A DNA stretch of 64,000 nt, taken from Acholeplasmatales bacterium (lineage in GTDB: Bacteria > Bacillota_I > Bacilli_A > Acholeplasmatales > Anaeroplasmataceae). Every line of letters begins with the position of its first letter. Position 1 is the first letter of the stretch. Below the pieces are notes generated by a model. It was given only the letters and a program-made list of their open reading frames with translations, ran no database searches and had not been told where the DNA came from. This document shows positions 1 through 9,731 of this stretch, one piece after another. Position numbers and translations under genes: made by a program. The stretch is from assembly GCA_017542485.1 (NCBI GenBank), contig JAFXXC010000001.1, positions 20,285 to 84,284 on the forward strand, given 5' to 3'.

Positions 1-918
1 TTGTGAATCAACATTAAAATATACTGATTCATTCAAATATTTATTTACATCTTCAATTATTCCAACTCCAAAATCTTTAACATTCATATATACATATTTC
101 TTATCATATGTAGCATATAAAGTAATTGGTAATTCGGATTTTCCATGAATATATGCATTTTCTAAAAGATTTAACACAACTTGTAATATCAACTTAGAAT
201 CAACATTAACAAATAATATTTTTTCTGGAATTTGAACTAAAATTTTAACATCAGGATATCTCCCTTTTAATTCATGAACAGCATTTTCAAATATTTCTTC
301 CACTAATTCAATTCTAGTATTAAGCTTTAATTCGGAATTAATTCTTGAAATTGATAACACATTTTCTACCATTCCAAGTAATGTTTCAGCCTCATCATGA
401 ATTATTGTTGCTGTTTTCTTATCATCCTCAGTTAACTTATTACTTTTTATTAATTCATTACTGTTTCCTAAAATTGTTGTTAATGGAGTTCTTAAATCAT
501 GCGATACAGATCTTAAAAAATTACTTTTCATTTTTTCCTTTTCGGCAGCTATTTTAATCTCCTCTTCTTCAACTACTTTAGTTGTTAAAACAGATGTCAA
601 AATAGATACTAATAACATAATCACAAAAGTTATGATGTATCCCGGAATTGAAAAGCTTAATTCAAAATATGGAGCAGTAAATGCATAATTAACTATAAAA
701 GAGCCAACCACTGCAGCTATTAATCCAAATAAATATCCTTTAGTAAATCTCGATACCAAAAATATAGCTAACAAGAATAATAAAGAACTATAACTTTGAG
801 AATCAGAAATAAAATTATGAATTATATAACAAATTAAAAATGCAATAGAAACAATTATAACTGTTAACATAAAATCCTTTATAGAAAACTTAAAGGTGTT
901 TTTTATCTTATTCTTCAT
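1..918 (-). CDS. KdpD-like sensor histidine kinase (DUF4118 membrane domain + HisKA + HATPase), runs off window start
   Basis: Hand translation from ATG 918: MKNKIKNTF..., hydrophobic segments with NYAFTAPYF, H-box SNFLRSVSHDLRTPL, N-box NLLENA, DFGVGI. Not in the ORF track because it has no stop inside the window. Confidence 0.85.
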   Translation of the reverse strand, partial: MKNKIKNTFKFSIKDFMLTVIIVSIAFLICYIIHNFISDSQSYSSLLFLLAIFLVSRFTKGYLFGLIAAVVGSFIVNYAFTAPYFELSFSIPGYIITFVIMLLVSILTSVLTTKVVEEEEIKIAAEKEKMKSNFLRSVSHDLRTPLTTILGNSNELIKSNKLTEDDKKTATIIHDEAETLLGMVENVLSISRINSELKLNTRIELVEEIFENAVHELKGRYPDVKILVQIPEKILFVNVDSKLILQVVLNLLENAYIHGKSELPITLYATYDKKYVYMNVKDFGVGIIEDVNKYLNESVYFNVDSQ

Positions 919-1249
919 TTTTTTCCTTCTTATATTGTTTTAATAAATTATCAGATGCGTGAGTTACTGGTAATGTAAAGAAAATACCCATCGCTTCAGA
1001 ATTACTTCCTACTTTATCATATAATTTATTAAGCATATCATCTACTAACTTTTCATTGACTAATATTAATACTATTTCCTTTTCAGGATGTATTCCAATA
1101 CCATATAGCTTTGTCGCATCAGCTGTAACACTACCATTAGCAGGAATTATTGTTCCTCCTCTTGCTCCACAATCTTTAGCAACATCCATTACAAGATCAG
1201 AATATCCTTCATTTACTATTCCAACTATATTAAATAATTTAATATTCAT
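908..1249 (-). CDS. P-II family (GlnB-like) regulatory protein
   Basis: 113 aa; IVNEGYSDLVMDVAKDCGARGGT...PEKEIVLILV...GIFFTLPV pattern of DUF1538-associated PII-like proteins. Confidence 0.8.
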   Translation of the reverse strand: MNIKLFNIVGIVNEGYSDLVMDVAKDCGARGGTIIPANGSVTADATKLYGIGIHPEKEIVLILVNEKLVDDMLNKLYDKVGSNSEAMGIFFTLPVTHASDNLLKQYKKEKNEE

Positions 1250-1575
1250 TATCTCTTACCTCCATTTGAAAGTGCCATATAACTAGATACACCTATAATA
1301 CTATCAAGTGGTATCGCATATACCATTGATATATTGTTTCTAAATCTTGCAAATTTATCTTGGATATTAAGCATTGCATCCTTTATTTGATCTTCTTTTA
1401 TAACACAAAACATCAATTCTTTACTAAATGTTTTTTCTATTGCTCCTCTTGCAAGAGTTGATAAATATGCTGTAACATCATATTTTTCCAACATATCTCC
1501 TATTATTTCTTTTTTACCTTTTGGTAAAGTAATTACCATCAAATATAACTTTGTTAAATTTGTCTTTTTCTTCAT
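1249..1575 (-). CDS. Second, divergent PII-like protein
   Basis: About 108 aa from MKKK; LARGA, KELMFCV and YAIPLDSIIG motifs; coupled to neighbours. Confidence 0.6.
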   Translation of the reverse strand: MKKKTNLTKLYLMVITLPKGKKEIIGDMLEKYDVTAYLSTLARGAIEKTFSKELMFCVIKEDQIKDAMLNIQDKFARFRNNISMVYAIPLDSIIGVSSYMALSNGGKR

Positions 1576-1576
1576 A

Positions 1577-3106
1577 CTAATCACCAAAAGAGATAATAAT
1601 TTTATCTTCTTCCTTCAATACTTTCTTAATTTCAGTTTTTACTCTACGTTTATTTTCAACTCTTGATACAACACCTAATACCTCAATTGAAATTAAAGGA
1701 CTTAATGCAACTAGTGAAACAATTCCAAAACCATATGCCAATATTTCATTTACTGAATTTAAATTTGCACATAAACCAAGTGCAAGCGGTAATATGAAAC
1801 TTGATGTTAAAGGTCCTGATGCTACTCCACCTGCATCAAAGGCGATTGCTGTATATATTTTAGGAACAAAGAAAGCTAATATAAAACAAATAATATAACC
1901 TGGAATAATAATATATAATATTGAGAACTTATATATTATTCTTAACATAGCAAGTACTATTGCACAACCTACACCAAATGCTAACGCAATTAATAAATTT
2001 CTTTTCTTTACTAAACCATTAGTCATTTCCTCAACTTGAGATATTAAGATTTTTATTGCAGGCTCTGCTAATACAGTTAATGCTCCTATAATAAAAGCAA
2101 TTGTTACAACCAACAAAACACTATTAGATGCTAATTCTGATCCTATTTTAAATCCAATACCCATATATGTTGAATCAACTGCAGCTAAAAATAATACTAA
2201 TCCAACATAAGCAAATACTAAACCTTTAACCAAAGAAATAACTCTTTTTTTATCTATATGTAAAAATAATAAATTTGTTATCATAAAACAAATAAATAAA
2301 AGTCCAATTGAAAGCCCAACTTCTCTTGCTTTCTCAAGTATATAATGCAAATATGACAAAATAAAATTATCACTTAATGTATAGTCAGCTAACTCATATT
2401 CCATTTTACTTGTTGAAAACAATGATAATAAAAGCATTATTACAACCGGTCCTATTGATGAAAAAGCAATAAAACCAAAAGATGCATCCTTCTCACTTTT
2501 TTGTGCCAAAATTGATGCAACACCTGCACCTAATGCCATTAAAAAGGGAACAGTCATAGGACCTGTTGTTACTCCACCAGAATCAAATGCTAAAGCAACC
2601 ATATTTTCTTTTCCTTGATATGCAAGTAAAGCAACCAAACTAAAAGATAACATATATAAAACACTTAATATTCTAATTAAATTGATTTTTTTGACAATTT
2701 TAAGAATTGCTAATAATAAGAAAAATCCAACAGATAATCCTATCATTGAAATCAACAACACTTTTGGAAAAACTGATTTAGTCTGTAACGCTAAAACAGA
2801 CAAATCTGGTTCAGCAATTGTTATTAATAATCCAAAGAAAAAAACAACAATTAATAATATCCATACCTTGCCTTGTTTAGTTAATCCTTTACCAACTAAT
2901 TTACCAATAGGTGTCATAGCACGTTCTGCACCATAATTAAATAATGAAATACCTATAATTAAAAAAATAGTTGCTAAAGAAAAAGATAATATTTCAAAGC
3001 CTGTTAAGGAAACTGTTTTAAATATAACTAAAATAATAATTAATAAATAAATTGGCAATACTGATAAGCAAGAATTCTTAAGTTCATGTAATATTTCCTT
3101 ATACAT
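1577..3106 (-). CDS. DUF1538 tandem-domain membrane protein (putative transporter)
   Basis: Two repeats carrying AEPD/AEPA and AFDSGGVTTGP/AFDAGGVASGP; many TM segments. Confidence 0.85.
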   Translation of the reverse strand: MYKEILHELKNSCLSVLPIYLLIIILVIFKTVSLTGFEILSFSLATIFLIIGISLFNYGAERAMTPIGKLVGKGLTKQGKVWILLIVVFFFGLLITIAEPDLSVLALQTKSVFPKVLLISMIGLSVGFFLLLAILKIVKKINLIRILSVLYMLSFSLVALLAYQGKENMVALAFDSGGVTTGPMTVPFLMALGAGVASILAQKSEKDASFGFIAFSSIGPVVIMLLLSLFSTSKMEYELADYTLSDNFILSYLHYILEKAREVGLSIGLLFICFMITNLLFLHIDKKRVISLVKGLVFAYVGLVLFLAAVDSTYMGIGFKIGSELASNSVLLVVTIAFIIGALTVLAEPAIKILISQVEEMTNGLVKKRNLLIALAFGVGCAIVLAMLRIIYKFSILYIIIPGYIICFILAFFVPKIYTAIAFDAGGVASGPLTSSFILPLALGLCANLNSVNEILAYGFGIVSLVALSPLISIEVLGVVSRVENKRRVKTEIKKVLKEEDKIIISFGD

Positions 3107-3240
3107 TCAAAAACACCTCATTTTATATTATATATAAAACATCTTCTTCCGTACATAAAAATTAACATTTAATACAAAAAATTAACAGAATATTAACACA
3201 ATATATCAGTGTCATGAAGAATATAAATAATTAATACAAA

Positions 3241-3276
3241 AAATACTCCTTAACCCTTGTGGTTTAGGAGTATTTT
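3241..3276 (-). terminator. Intrinsic terminator ending the candidate sRNA
   Basis: AAAATACTCCTAA...TTAGGAGTATTTT inverted repeat with U tract on the minus strand. Confidence 0.75.
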
Positions 3277-3298
3277 CAAGAAAGGAAAAAGATGAATT

Positions 3299-3317
3299 AA
3301 TAATGATTATCATTATT
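3299..3317. promoter_or_regulatory. Fur-box-like 19-bp palindrome
   Basis: AATAATGATTATCATTATT; the minus strand matches GATAATGATAATCATTATC at 17/19. Confidence 0.6.
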
Positions 3318-3390
3318 TTAAATATATTTCTTGTAACTTGTCTACATTATATCAAACTATCTGCAACAAATGTGCAACAAGTCAAAATAT

Positions 3391-3413
3391 AAAAATCACC
3401 CATATGGGTGATT
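3391..3413 (-). terminator. Terminator of HD-GYP gene
   Basis: AATCACCCA-TA-TGGGTGATT followed by a U tract on the minus strand. Confidence 0.75.
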
Positions 3414-5118
3414 AATCAACATTACTATAATATTCTTCTAATTTCTCTCTTGATTTAACAAAATACTTTTCTAATCTCTTATCAAATTGTGTTCCCATTC
3501 CCTCCATGATAATATCATATGCTTTATCAAAAGAGAATTTTTCTTTATATACTCTTTTACTTACTAATGCATCATATACATCAGCTATTGCCATTATTCT
3601 TGCCTCAAGTGGTATTTCATCACCCTTAAGCTTATTAGGATATCCACTACCATCTACTCTTTCATGATGATAATGAGCAACATTTTCTGCAATTTCTTTA
3701 AAATAAGGGTCATATTTTTCATCAACTATTTCATGAATAATTCGAGCGCCTTCAGCCGAATGCTTCTTCATTACCTCATACTCTTCTGGTGTAAATTTAC
3801 CTGGCTTACGTAATATCGCATCATCTACTGCAATTTTACCTAAATCATGCATCGGAGCTGCCTTAATAATATTCTTTGCAAATTCAGGCGTAATATTAAG
3901 ACTATTATCTTTTAATATTTCATTAATTAAAATTCTTACACCTTCGCTTGTTCTTTTAATATGACCACCAGTTGAATTATCTCTACTTTCAACCATTGTT
4001 GCCATACCTAAAATAAATTCATCATTCATTTCAACAATTCTTCTTGTTTTTTCATCAACCTCTAACTGAAGTTCTGAATTAAATGAATTTAACAACTTAA
4101 TATATTCCTGATTCTTAGTATCATCAGATATAATTAACTGATATCCTCTTTTCTTAGTTCCATCATATAAATAAGCTGCATTAATCAAATATGTCTTATT
4201 ATCTTTTTCATAATAAAACTTATTTTCATCATTATTATTTACAAAAGATTTAATCCACAAAAATACAGTATCGTTCAAACTATCTAAACCTATTTTTTTA
4301 TCAACAACTAAATTACTTATTTCTGGTAATACCTTTTTAGCATTATCATTACTACCTAAAAAATTTAATTTATTATCAAAAGATATAATACCAATATCTC
4401 CTCTTTTTACCATCGTCTCATTTGCCATTTCATCTACATCATATAAACATAATCTATGAATAATTATTAAAAATACTATAGCAGCAACTACATATGTTGC
4501 TCCAATAAATTGAAGTGGTGAATTATTACCTGTTATTAATCTACCACCAAAAAATGAAATAACACCTAATGTTTCTGTAAAAAATAATAAATATATAGTT
4601 TTTCTTGATGTTTGTGTCTTTTTAAAAAATGAATAAACGATAGCAACAAATGTAATTACAAAATATGTTATTACCATTACATAAAATAATGTGTGCATGA
4701 ATCCATATTCCTTATTAGTTAATACTCCGCCACCATCTATAATCTCAAAATCAAATTTCTTGTAGAAAATTCCTATTTTTCCTTTAGATAAAACAGAAAG
4801 AGCTGATGCGAAAAATACAGTAGAAATAACCATTAGTATTACCCTAATAATTCTACTAACCTTTACACCACAAAAATAGAATACCGACAACATAATAATT
4901 AAAATTAGATAACATCCACCTATATAAGTTAATACATTACCGATAACGGCAGTATCTATTGATTCTGCAATAGCCAACAAAAAGAAACCAAGATTAGCAA
5001 CCGGTACTAAAATAAAATAAATAGTTATGAGCGTATTAAAATGATTATGCCAAACAAAGAAATATATTATTGTCACTAATATAGACAATATTAATATTGT
5101 TGAATAATATGCAATCAT
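3412..5118 (-). CDS. 7TM-sensor HD-GYP phosphodiesterase
   Basis: N-terminal ~7 TM; HDLGKI, KPGKFT and HHERVDGSGYP motifs. Confidence 0.88.
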   Translation of the reverse strand: MIAYYSTILILSILVTIIYFFVWHNHFNTLITIYFILVPVANLGFFLLAIAESIDTAVIGNVLTYIGGCYLILIIMLSVFYFCGVKVSRIIRVILMVISTVFFASALSVLSKGKIGIFYKKFDFEIIDGGGVLTNKEYGFMHTLFYVMVITYFVITFVAIVYSFFKKTQTSRKTIYLLFFTETLGVISFFGGRLITGNNSPLQFIGATYVVAAIVFLIIIHRLCLYDVDEMANETMVKRGDIGIISFDNKLNFLGSNDNAKKVLPEISNLVVDKKIGLDSLNDTVFLWIKSFVNNNDENKFYYEKDNKTYLINAAYLYDGTKKRGYQLIISDDTKNQEYIKLLNSFNSELQLEVDEKTRRIVEMNDEFILGMATMVESRDNSTGGHIKRTSEGVRILINEILKDNSLNITPEFAKNIIKAAPMHDLGKIAVDDAILRKPGKFTPEEYEVMKKHSAEGARIIHEIVDEKYDPYFKEIAENVAHYHHERVDGSGYPNKLKGDEIPLEARIMAIADVYDALVSKRVYKEKFSFDKAYDIIMEGMGTQFDKRLEKYFVKSREKLEEYYSNVD

Positions 5119-5159
5119 ATATAGTACCCTCCTTTTATAATCTAATTAAACAATTAATT

Positions 5160-6203
5160 CTATTTGTTAAATAAAATCTCAATAACCTTATTTAAATACA
5201 ACAATAAAGCCGCTTCTCTTTCTTGCCAAATTCTTGTTATCTTATCTTCAAATAATATTAAATATCCAAATGTTTTCTTAGAAAAAACAATTTTAGAAAC
5301 TATAAATGTAATAATCTTTCTATCACTAACAAACTTTGCTATTTTTTTATTATTAGCAAAATTAGACAATCCTGTAGGAATAAATAGTGTATCATTAGCT
5401 GTTAGATTTTTAAAAATATCTAAACATTCATCATCAATATTACAATTATATCCATCACCACTAACAATAGTTGATTTATCAGTTAACAACAAACTAGCCT
5501 GTGATATTTGTAAAGCAAGTGTAATATAATCTAATATATTTTTTACTCTATCCTCAACAGAAATTTTATTATTATCTGCTAACTCTGATATTCTACTAAA
5601 CATATTAGGCAATGATGACTGTTCCATCTTATGAACTTCTATATTCTTATGCTTAGCCTCAACATATACAATAAAACAATTCCTACCTTTAGTCTTACCT
5701 CTATATAAGGCTTTATCTATAGTTAAAAATAATTCATCATAAGTTTTAGCATCCTTAGGAAATGACGCACATCCAATTGTGGCAGTAACATAAAAGTTGA
5801 CATTATCAACCTTAAATTTCTTTCTAACAATGTTACCTTCATTAAACATCTTTTCGATATATTCATGAACATCATCGTATGATGTTCCTTTAAAAGATAT
5901 TACAATAAACTCATCTCCACCAAATCTTCCGACAAGTCCATCATTACCAACATATTTAGCTAAATTAGAAGCTAATTGTTGTAGGCATCCGTCTCCAACT
6001 TTATGACCATAATTATCATTAATTAGTTTAAAATTATCAATGTCTAATATACCCATCATAAACTCAACATTGTTTTCAACTAAATGTCTTGCAAAACCAA
6101 GTATATTAGTTCTTGATAATACCCCAGTTAATGGATCTAAAGCATAATCAATATTAATATCATTAAAATACTCATATTTCTTTAAATCTTCTAATTTATA
6201 CAT
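5160..6203 (-). CDS. Diguanylate cyclase (GGDEF) with C-terminal GAF-like region
   Basis: DPLTG, DIDNFKLINDNYGH, RFGGDEF; start MYKL follows a GGAGG RBS. Confidence 0.88.
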   Translation of the reverse strand: MYKLEDLKKYEYFNDINIDYALDPLTGVLSRTNILGFARHLVENNVEFMMGILDIDNFKLINDNYGHKVGDGCLQQLASNLAKYVGNDGLVGRFGGDEFIVISFKGTSYDDVHEYIEKMFNEGNIVRKKFKVDNVNFYVTATIGCASFPKDAKTYDELFLTIDKALYRGKTKGRNCFIVYVEAKHKNIEVHKMEQSSLPNMFSRISELADNNKISVEDRVKNILDYITLALQISQASLLLTDKSTIVSGDGYNCNIDDECLDIFKNLTANDTLFIPTGLSNFANNKKIAKFVSDRKIITFIVSKIVFSKKTFGYLILFEDKITRIWQEREAALLLYLNKVIEILFNK

Positions 6204-6282
6204 CCTGATGCCTCCTAAGCCTATTTGAAACAATTATAACATATATTCTTTTTAAAAAAAACAAAAACCGAGTAATCTCGGT

Positions 6283-7158
6283 TTAATATAAATCTAAATA
6301 ATCATCTGGTTTATCTTTTTCTTTTGCAGAAACTTCATTATAAAAATTAACAACTACAGATGTTAATATCGCAACTACTACAATACCATAAATACCTAAT
6401 ATAACTGTTAATATTCTTCCTACAACACTTTCTGCATAAAAATCACCAAATCCAATAGTTGTTATTACGGTGAAACAATACCACATCGCATCCCAGAATG
6501 TAGTAATCTTTGTTTCAACCATAGGGAACATAAATGAGAATGCGATAATAAATGCCAACAAACAGATTAATGCATCAAAAGTATGAGTTTTAACCATTAT
6601 ATTTACTAACAATTTCATCTTTTCATATTTTAATGATGGGGCTAAAATTCTTCTTACTGAAATAAACAATAACAATATTGCTGATACAAGTGGAATATAA
6701 ACTGATTCTTTTTCATTCATCGCAAATAACACAGCCACTCCAAGACCTATTAATACCACACTCATTAAAATATTAGTAATAATTCCCTTTTTATCTTTTT
6801 CTTTAAAAATAGTTAATATTTGATTTGCTGCTAAAGCCATAGTTACAAGGAATGTTGACAAATAAAAGAAAACATAATTATTTCTTGCCATAAATCCAAA
6901 TATCGCCGCAACGACATATATACAACCAACAACTAATATCCTCAATCTATCTTTTTTATTTGTATAAATTAAATACAATAATACTTGGTGTAAAGTTTGA
7001 GATATCAATGCTAAACCTATAAATAATGCCACATTATTAGAATCATTATCAAGCATTCTTGTAATTACAAATAACATTAAAGTCATTGTCATTAATGATA
7101 AAACTAAATTAAATACAATAAACAATGCATTCTTTGTCTTCTTATCTATTTTTTTCAT
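6283..7158 (-). CDS. Potassium channel family protein with extra N-terminal TM domain
   Basis: Pore motif FWDAMWYCFTVITTIGFGD. Confidence 0.85.
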   Translation of the reverse strand: MKKIDKKTKNALFIVFNLVLSLMTMTLMLFVITRMLDNDSNNVALFIGLALISQTLHQVLLYLIYTNKKDRLRILVVGCIYVVAAIFGFMARNNYVFFYLSTFLVTMALAANQILTIFKEKDKKGIITNILMSVVLIGLGVAVLFAMNEKESVYIPLVSAILLLFISVRRILAPSLKYEKMKLLVNIMVKTHTFDALICLLAFIIAFSFMFPMVETKITTFWDAMWYCFTVITTIGFGDFYAESVVGRILTVILGIYGIVVVAILTSVVVNFYNEVSAKEKDKPDDYLDLY

Positions 7159-7292
7159 ATTATTTTCCTTTTCCTTACAAATTAATACATTGTGTATTAT
7201 ACACTACAAATAGATTATTATCTATAAAATTATTAATTTATTAATAATGAAAATAAAATTAAAAATTAGTCCCTTTCGAGACTAATTTCTAA

Positions 7293-8108
7293 TTAATTAC
7301 TACTTGATTTTGATGATTGACCTTGTGCAGCAGCGACAATTTGTAGAACTCTTAATACTAATTCTAAGAATGCTAATATCATATTGTTGATATATTCAAG
7401 GTTATAAACCTTATATAAACTTTTAATATCTTCTATTTCTTTTGCAGTAGCCAAATTATCCTTCTTTAATATTTCAATTGACTTTTCTTGGGCTTTTGTT
7501 TCAACCTTTAATACAACAATCGTTAATGCAAATGAAATTGCATAGAATAAAACACCAATTCCTGCAGCAACAAATGTAAATACAAAATTAGGTGATTTAT
7601 TGTTCATAGCAGCTATTACTAAATCTATAACTACACCTGCAACAATTAATGGTAAAAACATCAATGGTCCAAAGAACTGTAGTGGAATTAAAACATTACG
7701 TTTTTTCATTAATGGATCTTTTTCCTTATCTAATATAGCTAATGATGACTTTTGGGCAGCCATTGCTAAAGATGTAACAGAATCTTTTTTATAAGTAAAT
7801 CTTCTAAGTCTAACCTTTTTAAAATAATGTGAATATGAATTACCCCAAATAAATGATCCTGTTGCTTTTACTTTAATTTTATTCAATCCATTTGCATCTA
7901 AAATCTTTCTTGCAACTTGTTCTCCTGTTAATCCACAAGAATTCTTTGTTTTGTTTAAATGATGGTATTTTACCCATAATACAATCGAAATACCAATACC
8001 AATTGCTGCGAATACGATAATTAATGCAATAACTACCATCATTGCTATAGCTATTCCATCACTGGTAGTTCCAGTATATTCTTTAATTAAATCTATTATC
8101 TTCTGCAT
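7293..8108 (-). CDS. YugP-like (Zn_peptidase_2) membrane protein, HExxH absent
   Basis: GLTGEQVARKILDANGL and S..SLAMAA family pattern, but QKSSL replaces HEVGH. Confidence 0.65.
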   Translation of the reverse strand: MQKIIDLIKEYTGTTSDGIAIAMMVVIALIIVFAAIGIGISIVLWVKYHHLNKTKNSCGLTGEQVARKILDANGLNKIKVKATGSFIWGNSYSHYFKKVRLRRFTYKKDSVTSLAMAAQKSSLAILDKEKDPLMKKRNVLIPLQFFGPLMFLPLIVAGVVIDLVIAAMNNKSPNFVFTFVAAGIGVLFYAISFALTIVVLKVETKAQEKSIEILKKDNLATAKEIEDIKSLYKVYNLEYINNMILAFLELVLRVLQIVAAAQGQSSKSSSN

Positions 8109-8209
8109 AGTTTATCCTCCTTTAAGGTTTTATTTATTCAATTTTAGCATATTTTTAAAAAAATAAATATCCCTTATAACAAAAAACTCATAAGGGATAA
8201 TTTATATTT

Positions 8210-9118
8210 CTATTTACTTACACTAATAATAATGTCACCTGTTGATGTTTTAATAGTACAAGAACCACCTGTTGTTCCTTGAGGGACTTTTACATATCCA
8301 TTACTAGTTTCAGTATGGAAAGTTTTTTCTGTTAATAATGTTCCTTCTACATCACCTGTTGATGTTGCTATATTAAGTGTGTTAGCATCACTATCTGTAA
8401 ATGATACATCACCTGTTGAAGATTTAATTTCAATATTCTCTTTAGCAATTGTTTCATTAAATGTAACATCACCTGTTGATGTTTTTAAAGTAATATTGTT
8501 AGAATTTACTTTTTCTAATTTAACATCACCTGTTGAAGAATTATATATTATATCTCCGTCTATTTTAGCATTTTTTAATGTAAAATTACCTGTTGATGTT
8601 TCTACATTTAATGATTTCATATTTGTATCAGAAATAACAACATCACCTGTAGAACCATTAATTTTAACATCGTTATATGTTAATCCAGATTCTAATTTAA
8701 CATCGCCTGTTGATGTTTTAATTACTAAATTATTACATGTTGCTTTAGGTAATGAAATAGTTACCTTATAATTAAATCTAAAATCAAAATTGAAAATATA
8801 TTTTTGATACCACTTACGTGTATCATTTTGATTTACTGTTAGTACATTATCTTTTACAGCTACTGAATGATATACTTTTTCTTTTTCAATACATTCAATT
8901 TTGCATTTTGTACCTTCTACATATTTAATGATGACATCTGTTGTCTCAACATCAATATTAATGTTTTCTATATTTTCTTCAAAATCATAATTTTTAATCA
9001 CTTCATTGCCACCTGTATTTTTGAATTCATTTCTTTTGTACGCAAATACAGTTAAACCGGCACCTGATATTAACAATAAAATTGAAATAATTATAACAAA
9101 TTTAGCAAACTTTCTCAT
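8210..9118 (-). CDS. DUF4097 beta-strand repeat (adhesin-like) protein
   Basis: N-terminal TM anchor; repeated TSTGDV units. Confidence 0.85.
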   Translation of the reverse strand: MRKFAKFVIIISILLLISGAGLTVFAYKRNEFKNTGGNEVIKNYDFEENIENINIDVETTDVIIKYVEGTKCKIECIEKEKVYHSVAVKDNVLTVNQNDTRKWYQKYIFNFDFRFNYKVTISLPKATCNNLVIKTSTGDVKLESGLTYNDVKINGSTGDVVISDTNMKSLNVETSTGNFTLKNAKIDGDIIYNSSTGDVKLEKVNSNNITLKTSTGDVTFNETIAKENIEIKSSTGDVSFTDSDANTLNIATSTGDVEGTLLTEKTFHTETSNGYVKVPQGTTGGSCTIKTSTGDIIISVSK

Positions 9119-9728
9119 TTTTACCACCTCTTATAAACCAAGATTTAATAGCTATAGCATTGTGCTTTGTAATCTTGAAAACTCCCTTTGTTGAATAGAA
9201 GCACGCAAATAGTAATATACCTGAAGCACCTAAACCCAAGAATGAGAAGGCTAGGTAGAAAATATATAAATTACCATCTTTAAGATTTAACGCAAACGCC
9301 AGTAGACAAGCAACTGCTGCGGCTATTAAAGATAATTCAACAGCATATAATACTATTTCTAGTATCCACAGGATAAAGTATCCAACTAAGAATAATATTA
9401 ATCCTACAATTAGTAGCGGAAACCATAAAGGAAATCCTAAAATTAATAGCACAATTTCTAAACCACTTATTCTTCTCTTTGGTCTTATTCTTTCTTTAAC
9501 TAAGCTTACAAGTGGTGTATCTTTTGCTATATCTGCAACCACTCCATTAATACCACCAATATCGGCAATCGCTTCTTCCTCAGTCATTCCTTCTTCAACT
9601 CTATCATCAATCATTTCGCTATAGAAATTGATTCTTTCATCTATAGAGCTTTTAGGAAGACCTTGTAGTTTATTTTTTAGTTCATTAAGAAACTTTTCTT
9701 TCGTTCTACCATCATTCTTTTCTCTCAT
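9102..9728 (-). CDS. DUF1700 membrane protein
   Basis: TKEKFLNELKNKL..LP...INFYSEMIDDRVEEGMTEEEAI. Confidence 0.85.
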   Translation of the reverse strand: MREKNDGRTKEKFLNELKNKLQGLPKSSIDERINFYSEMIDDRVEEGMTEEEAIADIGGINGVVADIAKDTPLVSLVKERIRPKRRISGLEIVLLILGFPLWFPLLIVGLILFLVGYFILWILEIVLYAVELSLIAAAVACLLAFALNLKDGNLYIFYLAFSFLGLGASGILLFACFYSTKGVFKITKHNAIAIKSWFIRGGKNEKVC

Positions 9729-9731
9729 CTT

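Noticed and set aside
8230-8720. Regularly spaced CATCACCTGTTGA repeats (CRISPR-like at first glance)
   Set aside because: They are the in-frame TSTGDV repeats of the DUF4097 protein.
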